Both the position numbers and the translations under genes were made by a program. Source: Candidatus Parvarchaeota archaeon (GTDB taxonomy: Archaea; Nanobdellota; Nanobdellia; Parvarchaeales; Parvarchaeaceae). From it: 64,000 bases of DNA. The stretch's first letter is position 1, and the number at the start of each line of letters is the position of its first letter. The notes under the pieces are model-generated. The model was not told where the DNA came from. It saw nothing but the letters and a program-made list of their open reading frames with translations, and did no database searches. Shown piece by piece: positions 48,502 to 59,122 of the stretch. The stretch spans positions 2,524 through 66,523 of the forward strand of contig JAMCRN010000009.1 in the NCBI GenBank assembly GCA_023380585.1, given 5' to 3'.

Positions 48502-49380
48502 ATGATATACAAAGAACTAGGAAAAACCAAGGAGAAAGTATCTGCTATAGGTCTTGGCACATGGCAACTTGGCGAGATTACTGAAAGCAAGGTAGACGCC
48601 ATAAGGGCGGGACTTGACAACGGGATAGACTTCATAGACACCGCTGAAATCTACGGTACGGAGGACCTTGTCGGCGAGGCAATAAAAAACAGGAAAAAGC
48701 CTTTTATCGCTACTAAGGTCTGGCCATCTAATTTCAAGTATGATTCTGTTATAAAAGCGTGCGAATCCAGCCTTAAGAGGCTTGGTGTACCTCAAATAGA
48801 CCTTTACCAGCTGCACTGGCCGAATAAATCCATCCCTATAAAAGAAACCATGTCCGCCATGGAGAGATTAGTGGAGGAGGGGAAGATAAGGTACATCGGC
48901 GTAAGCAATTTTAGACCAGAAGAGGTGGATGAGGCCAATAAAGCGCTGAAAAAAAGCGAAATAGTTTCGGACCAAGTAGAATACAGTCTGATAGTAAGAG
49001 GCGCGGAAAAGAAGATTCTCCCATACTGCAAGAAAAAAGGTTTAAGCCTCATAGCATACAGTCCTTTAGGTCATAAGAAGTTAGTATCGAATAAGCATCC
49101 GGAACTTACGGAGACTCTCAAAGAGATAGGAGAAAAATACGGAAGAAGTCCGGTGCAGGTAGCTTTAAATTGGCTCATATCAATGGACAATGTAATAGCT
49201 ATACCAAAGGCTAGCAGCAAAGAACACGTTTTGGAAGATGCGGGAGCAGCAGATTTTGTGATGACAAAGGGAGACATCGCAAAATTAAATGAAGTGTCAG
49301 CAAAGTTCCAGTCAAAATCGCTTTACCAGATGGTCGGTCCTTTAGTTTCTGTCTATTTAAAGTTTAAAAGAATATTTTGA
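48502..49380 (+). CDS. Aldo/keto reductase
   Basis: IGLGTW, IDTAEIY, DLYQLHWP, IGVSNF, AYSPL, IPK. Confidence 0.95.
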   Translation: MIYKELGKTKEKVSAIGLGTWQLGEITESKVDAIRAGLDNGIDFIDTAEIYGTEDLVGEAIKNRKKPFIATKVWPSNFKYDSVIKACESSLKRLGVPQIDLYQLHWPNKSIPIKETMSAMERLVEEGKIRYIGVSNFRPEEVDEANKALKKSEIVSDQVEYSLIVRGAEKKILPYCKKKGLSLIAYSPLGHKKLVSNKHPELTETLKEIGEKYGRSPVQVALNWLISMDNVIAIPKASSKEHVLEDAGAADFVMTKGDIAKLNEVSAKFQSKSLYQMVGPLVSVYLKFKRIF

Positions 49381-49460
49381 AATTCTGTCATCTTTTTAAT
49401 CAGCTAAAATTTACTTTTATTTTTTATAATTTTATATATCTAACAATAAATCATAAAATC

Positions 49461-50588
49461 ATGAGTAGGTCACAGTCAGCCCTGGAGTACATGATGACCT
49501 ATGGCTGGGCTATCCTGATCATTGTCATCGTAGCCGCAGTCTTATACTCCTTAGGTATCTTCTCCCCATCCTCAAGCATATCAGCAACAGTAACGGGCTT
49601 CTCCAATCTAGGCTCAGTAGCAGCACAATGCACATCCAACGGAGTATTAAGATTAAGTCTTGGAGACTCGACAGGTTACCCTATAAACGTCACCAGTATA
49701 ACAGCAAAAGACTCCTCTACAAGCCAGACATCCACCTTCAAACCAAACTCCACAGTAGATCCTAATCCTATAATAGATGTGGGAGGCAGTTACATCTTCT
49801 CGGTTCCAAATGTATGTCCTCCGGCTGGCTCACATTACTCGATATCGACGACAGTGAACTACACCGAACCCGGACAGCCACTTCCAGGTCCGTATTTTTC
49901 TGTAGGGACTATAACAGGGATTACAATTCCTATAGATTTGCCTGAATATGTAGCTACTTTTAGCAGCAGCTCATCTAGAATTAATACCTCGGCAATTCCG
50001 TTTAGAAACCAGTCTTTTTCGATAACATTTTGGGTTTATCTAAAAACATACAATTCATCATGCCCATACGGTTGTGAATCAAAAGCTTTTACTCTTTCGT
50101 CCTTTCAAGGATGCACTGGTTCTTCTTGTCAGATTTTGGGCTTTGATACAAGAGGTAATAACTTCCATTATTTTGTATGGGACGCAGATCTTTATGAGCC
50201 GTCTACTGCCGGTAAATGGTATTTTATAAGCTGGACATTTAGTAACCCATCTAAGACACAAACAGGTTATATAGACGGAGCTTCGCCGGTTGGAAACGGT
50301 GTATATATAAGTAACCCCACCTACTTGTTCATAGGAGACGGGCCAGTTTTAGGAGGAGGATCTTTAGACGGGTTCATAACAAATTTTCAGATATACAATT
50401 CAACTTTAACACAGTCACAGATAGCTTCCTTGTACCAAGAAGGGCTGGATTATACACCAGTACCTAGCACAGGTTTGGCTCAGTGGTGGCCTCTTAATGG
50501 GACCATAAAGAACTATGCGCAAAATATAATCCCAGCAAACAATGGTGTAGTTTTCACAAGTAATTATCCTTCGACAGGTCTGCCTTAA
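49461..50588 (+). CDS. Pilin-like adhesin: class III signal peptide plus LamG domain
   Basis: RSQSALEYMMTYGW; G.ITNFQIYN..L...QI...WWPLNG; start set to ATG 49461. Confidence 0.88.
   Translation: MSRSQSALEYMMTYGWAILIIVIVAAVLYSLGIFSPSSSISATVTGFSNLGSVAAQCTSNGVLRLSLGDSTGYPINVTSITAKDSSTSQTSTFKPNSTVDPNPIIDVGGSYIFSVPNVCPPAGSHYSISTTVNYTEPGQPLPGPYFSVGTITGITIPIDLPEYVATFSSSSSRINTSAIPFRNQSFSITFWVYLKTYNSSCPYGCESKAFTLSSFQGCTGSSCQILGFDTRGNNFHYFVWDADLYEPSTAGKWYFISWTFSNPSKTQTGYIDGASPVGNGVYISNPTYLFIGDGPVLGGGSLDGFITNFQIYNSTLTQSQIASLYQEGLDYTPVPSTGLAQWWPLNGTIKNYAQNIIPANNGVVFTSNYPSTGLP
49470..49891 (+). repeat. Shared pilin 5' segment, copy A
   Basis: Roughly 90% nucleotide identity by eye to 60268-60689; first ~140 bp also match ~28000-28135 (-). 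Confidence 0.9.
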
Positions 50589-50665
50589 TCGCGTCATTTT
50601 AGGAATGCAAGAAAAATGGCCAGCCAGGATTTTAATGATTTAAACCCGGAACTCTTTAAGCAAAA

Positions 50666-51229
50666 ATGGCTGAGACACTAGAAGCAATATCAGAAAGAGT
50701 GGTAAAGTGCACTTTATGTGACCTTTCCAACGGCAGAAAAAACGCCGTGCCTGGCGAGGGAATGGCAAATGCAAAACTCATGATAATAGGAGAAGCCCCC
50801 GGAAAGTATGAAGACATACTTGGAAAACCTTTCGTCGGGATGTCTGGAAAGTTTTTAAATAAATATTTAGAATTAGCTGGCATAGACAGATCGAGTACTT
50901 TTATAACAAATTCTGTCAAGTGCAGGCCCCCGAACAATAGGAAGCCCGTTATCGAGGAGATAAGCGCATGCAGGTCATATCTGATATCACAGATATCCCT
51001 GATAAAACCCAAACTCTTGCTGTGTTTAGGCACTTCCGCGTGCAATTCCATGGAAATAAGATACCAGCACCTTTCTGAAGTCAGAGGAAGACCGATGCAT
51101 CTAAAGTTTTATGGATTAGAAATAGAATGTTTTGTTACCTTTCATCCCTCCTTCCCGATGCGCTTTCCAAAAGCCAGGGAAACTTTCCTTGCGGACCTGA
51201 AAGAAGCTAAAAAAATAGTAGGGATGTAA
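50666..51229 (+). CDS. udg: Family 4 uracil-DNA glycosylase
   Basis: CTLC.L, GEAPG..E...G.PFVG, KCRPPNNR.P, FHPS. Confidence 0.93.
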   Translation: MAETLEAISERVVKCTLCDLSNGRKNAVPGEGMANAKLMIIGEAPGKYEDILGKPFVGMSGKFLNKYLELAGIDRSSTFITNSVKCRPPNNRKPVIEEISACRSYLISQISLIKPKLLLCLGTSACNSMEIRYQHLSEVRGRPMHLKFYGLEIECFVTFHPSFPMRFPKARETFLADLKEAKKIVGM

Positions 51230-51358
51230 CTGTGTTGTTGTGCATGCGCCAATCGAATATTTTATTAAAAATTACTATTCACTTTATAATAGTAAAGTAT
51301 TTATAGTAGTTAATCTCTTAAAACTTTAGATGCATCGGTCTTCCGGAGGAAAACAGTT

Positions 51359-52255
51359 ATGCAAAACGCAGGAAACACAAGCAAGACGAAACAATCACCG
51401 AAAGCCGGGAATGCGCCGGCGAAACCAGTGGTACAGACAACTGCTCCGGTAGTAAAACAGTCGTTAGACGATTTATTGTCTCATACAAATTCTCAGCCTT
51501 ATATGCAGCTCGCCACGGCGATGCAGATATATGACAGGCATAAAGATAAACCGAAGTTCAATGTAAACCAGGTCGGCACGGCCCTTTACAACTCTTTAGG
51601 CTCTATAATACAGCAGCATCCTGGCATGGACAGGCAGCCAGAAAACGCACTTCTTTTGAGCAGCATAAAGAACAACATCGATTACGGCACTTTTGACAAC
51701 GCCAAATTCGAAGCAGTAAGGTCGCATGCAATGAAGTTCATAGCGCCTTACTGGGAGGACGTAAAGAACGCCCTTTCAGACGGTGAATATAAGAGGATGG
51801 CGGAAATAGCTTTCGTAAGGAAGAAAGATTTCCCGAATCTGCACAATGAATTGGCTTCGCATGATACAGCAAAGAATGCCGCGTTCTTCGGCGTGATGCT
51901 TAACCAAATGTCGGAAGACGCGAGCGCAAGGAACACTTCCAACATGCTGCAATACTACAATAGTATGGTGGATAACATAGATCTCTCCGTATACAAGAAA
52001 GCGGGATTCACAGATGCACAGGCATCGGACCTGGCTAAATCTGCAAAAGACACTTACACGAAGTTAGTGAACGGCATGACCGAACAGGCGAGAGAAGCCC
52101 ATATGAAAGACATGATGGGTATAGCCTCGTACAAGTTCTCACAGCATGTGAAGAACGTGGACGTAGGCCACATAAAGAGCAAGATAGGCGCAGCGGCTCC
52201 TTACGAGGGACTGCTGCTAGCTCTTCAGTCAAAGAGCCAGCCGAACGAGGCATAA
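51359..52255 (+). CDS. Hypothetical alpha-helical protein
   Basis: 298 aa; GGAGG SD upstream; low-complexity N-terminus. Confidence 0.75.
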   Translation: MQNAGNTSKTKQSPKAGNAPAKPVVQTTAPVVKQSLDDLLSHTNSQPYMQLATAMQIYDRHKDKPKFNVNQVGTALYNSLGSIIQQHPGMDRQPENALLLSSIKNNIDYGTFDNAKFEAVRSHAMKFIAPYWEDVKNALSDGEYKRMAEIAFVRKKDFPNLHNELASHDTAKNAAFFGVMLNQMSEDASARNTSNMLQYYNSMVDNIDLSVYKKAGFTDAQASDLAKSAKDTYTKLVNGMTEQAREAHMKDMMGIASYKFSQHVKNVDVGHIKSKIGAAAPYEGLLLALQSKSQPNEA

Positions 52256-52349
52256 GGCCTCGACGGCTGGATATCTTGTTTTTAGGCCTTGAGACCTCCC
52301 TCTCATGAGGCCTTTCAATATTTAAATCGCAACAGTATCTTTGATAAAG

Positions 52350-53264
52350 ATGGAAATCGCAGGGATGTATCCTGAAACGGCAGAAACGGCACCGAGTAGT
52401 GCCTCTAAAGAGACAGGAGAACCGCCGGTCAAGGAGCAGAGTCCTACAGAACAGCAATCCCAACCATCTCAGGCAGCCAATGACACTTCCGTCCAATCTG
52501 CGCCTTCCACTAAGGTAGGCAGGAGCGGTACAGCAAGACGGCTCTCCTCTTTCGCTTCTCAGTTGGAAACAGAGCTTGACAAAGGAGGAATAGGCTCTAT
52601 ATATTCCAATCAGGCCGTAGGCAACGTTTTCGAGGCGGCAGAGATGCCGAAAGCAGAGGTAGTCGGCACAGAAGAGAAACTTAGAGAGATAAAAGAGCTT
52701 AACATACTCGAGCAGGGCGCAATAGAAGCCCCGCCTGAACTTTTTAATCTAGGCCTTCTCGATTTCCAGTTGACCCCATACAAAGACAATAAGGGAAAAC
52801 AGCTAACGAACAAGAACGGGGAAAAGATCTATATAATGAGGGCCAAATGGGGGTACAGGTTTTACAATAACAAACCGAACTACCGCATGAACATATATTC
52901 AGCAGCCAAGAACCTATGGCAGCATTCAGTCAATCTTCGAATGCATTTAGGAAACTTTAAGAGGAACCTGATAAACCCAGAGATATCCGGTGCTGATGTA
53001 TCTGTACGTTTCCTTTCCCCTTACAGGATAGACGGAGGATATAGATATCATTATCCAGGCAGCCCATACGCTGATGACACCCGCTCACGCAGTCTAATTT
53101 CGAGAGTTTTTTCCGCCCCATATGAGCTGCTGAAAGGCGTGATTGTAGGACCTAGAGTAGCAGTTTCTACAGGTCCTATAACAGAGCCTAAGGCCAAGTC
53201 ATTGATAGCGATACTTTCCCAGACAGATGCGAAAGCAAGACTGGAAGCGGAGGAAAACGCATGA
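52350..53264 (+). CDS. Hypothetical protein
   Basis: Disordered S/Q/E/P-rich N-terminus followed by globular part; start set to ATG 52350. Confidence 0.72.
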   Translation: MEIAGMYPETAETAPSSASKETGEPPVKEQSPTEQQSQPSQAANDTSVQSAPSTKVGRSGTARRLSSFASQLETELDKGGIGSIYSNQAVGNVFEAAEMPKAEVVGTEEKLREIKELNILEQGAIEAPPELFNLGLLDFQLTPYKDNKGKQLTNKNGEKIYIMRAKWGYRFYNNKPNYRMNIYSAAKNLWQHSVNLRMHLGNFKRNLINPEISGADVSVRFLSPYRIDGGYRYHYPGSPYADDTRSRSLISRVFSAPYELLKGVIVGPRVAVSTGPITEPKAKSLIAILSQTDAKARLEAEENA

Positions 53265-54007
53265 GTCTTAATAAGTATTTCAGCGATGACAAGGGCGTAC
53301 AGAACCTCGTCAGGCATGGATTCTCACAGATGCCGTTTCATATAGAAAGTGAAGATACGGAAGAAGCTATAGCCGACGGAGTTTGCTGGGCGAGGAAAGG
53401 ACTGGAAAAAATATTAGGAGATACGATAGTAGTCGTAGAAAAATTGGGCAGAGGCAGGAAGACGCATTACAATCTTGTAGGGCCTCTTTCTTTAGAAACA
53501 TATTCCAAAGAAGAGATAAGCGACGATGAAAGGATACAAGATAAATTCAAACCAGGAGTATTATATATAAGCAAATACAATGCTCCGAGAGAAGGAGGTT
53601 CATTTGTAGGGGCTATGAACCCCGAGCATATAATAGGCGCCTACGGGATAGTAAGAGGATACTTAATGAAGAAAGAGGACCATGGGCAGACAACCCGTCC
53701 GATACCTGAGATAGACAGGATATCAACAGGGCCGTATGGGATGGTGCCGAAGAAGGTAACAGACATAATAGCGGACAGTTACGGTTTTCCTAGGCCTAAA
53801 GAGGGAGACATAGTCCCGGTCATATCACATTACGATTTCAACCTAACTTCTTTCAATGAGGAAAACCCCCAGAAGATATTCAGCGCAGTGGTCTACGATG
53901 GTCCGGTATTCCAGGTAACTCCACAGGCAGACGCGGACCGTGTAAAAGTACTGGAAGTCGTCCTGGGTATAGACAAACATCTTTCCTCGTTTCTATTCAA
54001 GAATTAG
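53261..54007 (+). CDS. Hypothetical protein
   Basis: 248 aa; ATGA-coupled to previous gene. Confidence 0.72.
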   Translation: MSLNKYFSDDKGVQNLVRHGFSQMPFHIESEDTEEAIADGVCWARKGLEKILGDTIVVVEKLGRGRKTHYNLVGPLSLETYSKEEISDDERIQDKFKPGVLYISKYNAPREGGSFVGAMNPEHIIGAYGIVRGYLMKKEDHGQTTRPIPEIDRISTGPYGMVPKKVTDIIADSYGFPRPKEGDIVPVISHYDFNLTSFNEENPQKIFSAVVYDGPVFQVTPQADADRVKVLEVVLGIDKHLSSFLFKN

Positions 54008-54054
54008 ATGTTATCTCTGCAAAGTTTAAATAATTGCGGTTACAATCCATAAAA

Positions 54055-55014
54055 ATGAAGGTTTTATCTTTTGATACAGTAATATTCTTAGTGATAGGTA
54101 TAGTCGTAATCCTGCTGGCAAGCACTTACAACATATCACAGGCACTGGCGGCTTTTTCTAACATAAATCTTTTTTACATATTCCTGGCCGCAGTGGCTTG
54201 GGTCCTATTCATATTTTCAAGGTTCATGCCATGGTCGTTTGTACTACGGAGACTGAAGATGAAGGTGCCGTTCATAAAGAGCATGTCCATGATGATACCC
54301 TTCTTTGGGCTCGCTTTCATACCTTCCAGCGTCGGACAGCTCCTACCTCTGCAACATTTAGAAGAGTTCAAGAAGGAATCCCGTTTTTTGTCTCTTGGGA
54401 TACTGCTGTCTCTTAACTCAACATACCTACTTAGCATCATAGCCATGGCCATGATAACCGCTATCTTCGTATCGAATCTTGTTCTGTATATCGTGGCGAT
54501 ATTTGCTATATTATATTTCTTTGTCTCGATGCTAAAGCTAAGCCTGTTCTATAAAGCAATAGACAGATATGTAGTCAAGCCGTTTAAGCTGAAGAAAAGA
54601 AGGTTTATAAAGAACGTCACAAAATACCTTAAACAGCTGGAAAAGAATAAGAGCATATTCTCTCAAAAGGACATAATAACACAGATTCTGCTCTTTCTTC
54701 CGCCCCTGCTCTTGGAAGCGAGCATCCTTTACTTCGCGTTGGTAGCGCTGAACCAGAGCATATCCTTCTTGTCTGCAGTTTTCATCTTCTCCTTCTCTTT
54801 CTCAATCGGAGTATTGCTCTTTTTCTTCCCAGGGGCGATAGGACCGGCCGACGCTTCTATAATAACCCTGCTTATCATTTCCGGAGTGCCAGGGGCAATA
54901 GCCGTCTCAGCAGACATAATACTGCGTTTTTTCAATACTTTTCTGACAATACTGGCCTCATACGGAGTATTCTTGTTTTCAAGGCGTTACATGTGGTCAA
55001 AGAAGACGGTTTGA
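54055..55014 (+). CDS. UPF0104 / lysylphosphatidylglycerol synthase TM (flippase-like) protein
   Basis: R..PW, P..VG, PGAIG..D, ILRF pattern; about 8 TMs. Confidence 0.85.
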   Translation: MKVLSFDTVIFLVIGIVVILLASTYNISQALAAFSNINLFYIFLAAVAWVLFIFSRFMPWSFVLRRLKMKVPFIKSMSMMIPFFGLAFIPSSVGQLLPLQHLEEFKKESRFLSLGILLSLNSTYLLSIIAMAMITAIFVSNLVLYIVAIFAILYFFVSMLKLSLFYKAIDRYVVKPFKLKKRRFIKNVTKYLKQLEKNKSIFSQKDIITQILLFLPPLLLEASILYFALVALNQSISFLSAVFIFSFSFSIGVLLFFFPGAIGPADASIITLLIISGVPGAIAVSADIILRFFNTFLTILASYGVFLFSRRYMWSKKTV

Positions 55015-55087
55015 CGGATTTATTGACCAGTTTTCAGTCGCCAAGCCAGAAGGAGATTTATTTATTCAAAAATCTGTTTTTATAGAC

Positions 55088-56251
55088 ATGGATAACGATA
55101 GAAGCCTGAAAATCGCTATTTTTACGGATACTTATCATCCTGCAGTGGATGGCGTCGTCAAGTATATAGACAACATCAGGAACGAACTTGAAAGCCGCGG
55201 TCATGAAGTTTACGTGTTCGCGGCAGGCAATAGAGCAACCAGGGAGTTATCGAATGCAGACAAAAAGCTATTTGTCTTTTATGGGATAAATTTCCGCAAG
55301 TACAAACAATATACCTTAGCGGCTAATCCGATCTTGACAAGGATAGTAGGCAAGATAAAACCGGACCTGATACATTCACAGACACCGTTTTCTATGGGGT
55401 TACTCGGCCTTATCGCAAGCAGAAGATACAAGATAAAGATGCTAAGCACATTCCATACCTTCATAAACTCCGATGAACTTATCGAGAAATATCTGAATAA
55501 AAACAAAGCACTTCTTAGGATATCTAAAAGGCTGCTGGTACAGTACATGCGATATTTTTACTCCAGGAATAGTATTGTGATAGCGCCAAGCGAATACTCA
55601 AAAAGAATCCTCTCCAGAATCGGCGTAAAAAATGTCGTAGTAGTACCTAATGGAGTAAATCCCCCTTCCGAAATAAGCAAGTCATATGCAAGGAGGAAGC
55701 TCGGGATAAGACCGAAGGAAAGGATAATATTGTACATGGGAAGGATAGGGCATGAAAAGAACCTAAACTTTCTGGTCTCTGTATCCGACAAGATTGCGGA
55801 ATTAGGCGCGACATTGGTGATCGGAGGATCCGGACCGGCTTTATCCGGACTCGAAGACTATGTTTCAAAGAACAGGCTGCCGAATATAAAATTCCTTGGA
55901 TTCGTCAGCGAGTCAGAGAAAAATGCCTACTACAAAGCTGCCGATGTTTTCGTAAACCCCTCGAATATAGAAATCTTAAGCACGGTGGACATAGAAGCCA
56001 TGGTAAACGGGACGCCTATACTAGTGCCGGCTATGACTTCTCAGGAAGAGTTCCTGAGAAAAGGAAAATGCGGCGAAAAGTTCAATCAAAACGACCCGGA
56101 TGATTTCATAAGAAAGCTTAAAATAATGTTTAGAAATCTGGATAAATACAATCCTCAGCGGTGTGCGAAAGAGTACTCTATAAAAAATTCCGTGGACAGG
56201 CTCTTAGAGGTCTATTATTCGCTTTTAAAGGAAGATGTACGAACCTCCTAG
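55088..56251 (+). CDS. Glycosyltransferase family 4 (glycolipid synthase-like)
   Basis: FTDTYHPAVDGV, HSQTPF, TFHT, GRIGHEKN, E.......EAM. Confidence 0.93.
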   Translation: MDNDRSLKIAIFTDTYHPAVDGVVKYIDNIRNELESRGHEVYVFAAGNRATRELSNADKKLFVFYGINFRKYKQYTLAANPILTRIVGKIKPDLIHSQTPFSMGLLGLIASRRYKIKMLSTFHTFINSDELIEKYLNKNKALLRISKRLLVQYMRYFYSRNSIVIAPSEYSKRILSRIGVKNVVVVPNGVNPPSEISKSYARRKLGIRPKERIILYMGRIGHEKNLNFLVSVSDKIAELGATLVIGGSGPALSGLEDYVSKNRLPNIKFLGFVSESEKNAYYKAADVFVNPSNIEILSTVDIEAMVNGTPILVPAMTSQEEFLRKGKCGEKFNQNDPDDFIRKLKIMFRNLDKYNPQRCAKEYSIKNSVDRLLEVYYSLLKEDVRTS

Positions 56252-56343
56252 GAGGCCGTTGCCGGCGTCCCTTTTTCAAGGCTTACGTATAGCTAAAGCC
56301 GACGGCTGGATAGTTTTATTAATAAGCTTCGTTCGGTATTAGA

Positions 56344-57069
56344 ATGGACGAGTATCCATTGATATCAGTATTGATACCGACTAGAAACGAAGAAAAATAC
56401 CTGCCTTTTTTGCTTAAGTCGATAAAAGCCCAGACCTACAAGAATTACGAAATAATCATTGGAGATTATATGTCCGTTGACAACACGATACCCATAGCCC
56501 GTAAATACGGCGCAAAAGTCATAAAATGCCATAAAAAAGGAATGGCAGCCGGAAAAAACGCAGCGCTAAATATCGCTAAAGGAGAAATAATATTATTCGT
56601 AGACGCAGATTTCATCTTGTCCAAACGCTTGTTTGAATCTGTCGTAAAGATGTTCAGAAAAGAAAAGGACGTTGTTGGAATAGAGCCAAGGTCGGCACTC
56701 AACCCACGAAGCATCAGAAAGGACAGGCTCCCCTACTTTAGGATGGCTGTAAGGATAATCAACATATTAAAACGATTTTCTTACCATACCAAGGCGCCAT
56801 TCGCTTTTGGTTGTGTTTTTTGCAGGGCGTCGGCCATGAAACGTGCAGGCAGATTCAAAGAACATCTTTTGATCATTGAAGATAAGGACTTCTATTCGAG
56901 ACTCAGGAAATATGGACGTTTCAAAATGGTAAATGCGACCGCGATGATCTCCTTCAGGCGACAGGTCGGTAAAGGTTTTCTGCGTTCGACAATTACTTAC
57001 ATAAAGGCCGAGATAGGGTGGGCCACGACCGGGAAAGTAAAGGGAGAACTGGAGCCCGTCCGTTTGTAG
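56344..57069 (+). CDS. Glycosyltransferase family 2
   Basis: SVLIPTRNEE, FVDAD, ED..F..R. Confidence 0.92.
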   Translation: MDEYPLISVLIPTRNEEKYLPFLLKSIKAQTYKNYEIIIGDYMSVDNTIPIARKYGAKVIKCHKKGMAAGKNAALNIAKGEIILFVDADFILSKRLFESVVKMFRKEKDVVGIEPRSALNPRSIRKDRLPYFRMAVRIINILKRFSYHTKAPFAFGCVFCRASAMKRAGRFKEHLLIIEDKDFYSRLRKYGRFKMVNATAMISFRRQVGKGFLRSTITYIKAEIGWATTGKVKGELEPVRL

Positions 57070-57196
57070 TCAAAATGTCCCGATCGTTGGCTGGATGGCA
57101 AACGCTACATGGTCCATGGAATATATATGGTATTATTATAAGAGTTTCTAAGAATCATATGGATATTATCTCATCGGACGTCTACGGGAGCAAAAC

Positions 57197-58312
57197 ATGC
57201 TAGTAGGGACATCTACTTCTGCGCACCAGGTGGAGGGCAACAATAAGAGCAGCGACTGGTGGCATTTCGAGCAGACAAACAGGCTGAAGCATAAATCCGG
57301 CTCCGGATGCGACCAGTACAGGCTTTACAAGAAAGACATAGACCTAATGAAATCTCTAGGATACAATGCCTATAGATTCTCTATAGAATTCGCCAGAGTC
57401 ATGCCCCACGAGAGGAGTATAGACCAGGGGGCCGTAAAACATTACAAAGACATGATAGAATACATGAAGCAGAAGGATATAGAGCCTATCCCGACGCTGT
57501 GGCATTATACACTGCCGCTCTGGTTCTCCAGGAAGGGCGGGTTCGAAAAGAGGAAAAATTTCAAATACTTTTTTGACTACGTAAACGCGCTCCTAGAGGC
57601 AGGGTTGGACGTAAGGTACATACTTACCATAAACGAACCGGTAATATTCTCCACAGCCGCATACTTGTCGGGCCTGTATCCTCCGTTCGTTAGATCATTC
57701 ATCAAGTGGAACAGGGTAATGCTGAACCTTTTTGCCCTGCACAATGAAGTTTATGATATACTGAAATCTTACGGTTACAGGGTCTCTTTTGCGAATAACT
57801 TCGTAGACATGAAGAGCGACTTGATATTCTCTCCAGTGACAAAGCTCATAGACTACCTTATGAATCAGAGGCCGCTTCTATTCACAAGGTTCGATTTCAT
57901 TGCGATAAACTACTATCATAGCATAGACGCAATAAGGTACCTTGTATACAAGATATACAAGGGCAGGAAAAGGGTAGAATTCCTTGATGCTAAAGGCTTA
58001 TACAACATAATACGCAGGGAGTATTCCCTGTTCAAAAAGCCGATAATGATAACCGAAAACGGCCTGGACACTTTGGACGACGATTTCAGGTGCAGATTCA
58101 TAAAGGACCATTTTGAGTCCGTGTTGTCTGCCAGGCGATCCGGCGTGCCAGTACTAGGATACCTGCACTGGTCTTTCATAGACAATTTTGAGTGGACCTA
58201 TGGTTATAATAAAAACTTCGGAGTCGTTGGTTTCGACATGAAGACAAAGAGAAGGATACCAAAAAAGAGCGCCTACGTCCTAGGTGAATTAGCAAGGGAG
58301 AACAGGGGCTAA
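57197..58312 (+). CDS. Glycoside hydrolase family 1
   Basis: TSAHQVEG, YRFSIE, INEP acid/base, ITENG nucleophile, DNFEW. Confidence 0.95.
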   Translation: MLVGTSTSAHQVEGNNKSSDWWHFEQTNRLKHKSGSGCDQYRLYKKDIDLMKSLGYNAYRFSIEFARVMPHERSIDQGAVKHYKDMIEYMKQKDIEPIPTLWHYTLPLWFSRKGGFEKRKNFKYFFDYVNALLEAGLDVRYILTINEPVIFSTAAYLSGLYPPFVRSFIKWNRVMLNLFALHNEVYDILKSYGYRVSFANNFVDMKSDLIFSPVTKLIDYLMNQRPLLFTRFDFIAINYYHSIDAIRYLVYKIYKGRKRVEFLDAKGLYNIIRREYSLFKKPIMITENGLDTLDDDFRCRFIKDHFESVLSARRSGVPVLGYLHWSFIDNFEWTYGYNKNFGVVGFDMKTKRRIPKKSAYVLGELARENRG

Positions 58313-59040
58313 CCCTTCTTTTTTCTTCTTATCGCCTTGAACCTGAATTTAAATCGTCGCGCAAGCAATGCGGACAAAGCCGCCATAAAATAGATAAGCC
58401 CGGTCTTTATGACCCCTTCTTTTGCATGCCTGCGGTAGGAGACTCTTACCGTCTTCCTTATCAGCTTGAACCTTCCGTACAGCCTTAATCTGGAAAAGAA
58501 CTCCTTGTCCTCGCACACGTCTATGTTCTCGTTGAACAGGCCTGCTTTCTTTATGGCGCTACTAAGGCAGAAATCGCACCCGTATGCTGCAGGCAGAGGC
58601 CCGAAGAAACTTATCGTCTTGTTGAGGGTGACGAAAGCATTCACTACCCTGAATTTAAGCCTGTCCTTGAACCGCAGGTCTTTCAGGCCTATCCTCGGCG
58701 AGGGCTCCACGCACACCAGCTTTTTATTCTTGTCGAAAGCCGCTACTACTCTCCTGAATACGTCCTTTGAGAGGATGTAATCTGCGTCTATAAGGGCGAT
58801 TATATCACCGTCCGCTTTCTTTATACCGGCATTTCGTGCAGTCGCTATGTTAGTCTTAGGTACCTTGATTACCCTGGCACCATATTTTTTGGCTATGCTT
58901 GGCGTAGAATCATTGGAAGAATCAGCCACTATTATGTCGTATTTATTGTAAGTCTGTGCTTTTATCGACTTTAGAAGGTCCTCTATATAGTTTTCTTCAT
59001 TGTAAGTCGGTATGACAACCGAGATAAGCCGATCACCCAT
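58309..59040 (-). CDS. Glycosyltransferase family 2 (paralog of 56344-57069)
   Basis: SVVIPTYNEE, LIDAD, EDKEFFSRLR.YGRFK shared with the paralog. Confidence 0.92.
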   Translation of the reverse strand: MGDRLISVVIPTYNEENYIEDLLKSIKAQTYNKYDIIVADSSNDSTPSIAKKYGARVIKVPKTNIATARNAGIKKADGDIIALIDADYILSKDVFRRVVAAFDKNKKLVCVEPSPRIGLKDLRFKDRLKFRVVNAFVTLNKTISFFGPLPAAYGCDFCLSSAIKKAGLFNENIDVCEDKEFFSRLRLYGRFKLIRKTVRVSYRRHAKEGVIKTGLIYFMAALSALLARRFKFRFKAIRRKKKG

Positions 59041-59122
59041 ATTTTTATCCTTAGAATAGTATAGGATCGCTTAATAACTTTTCCATTCAAAATATTTAAA
59101 CCCCGTCTTTTCTTATAATATC

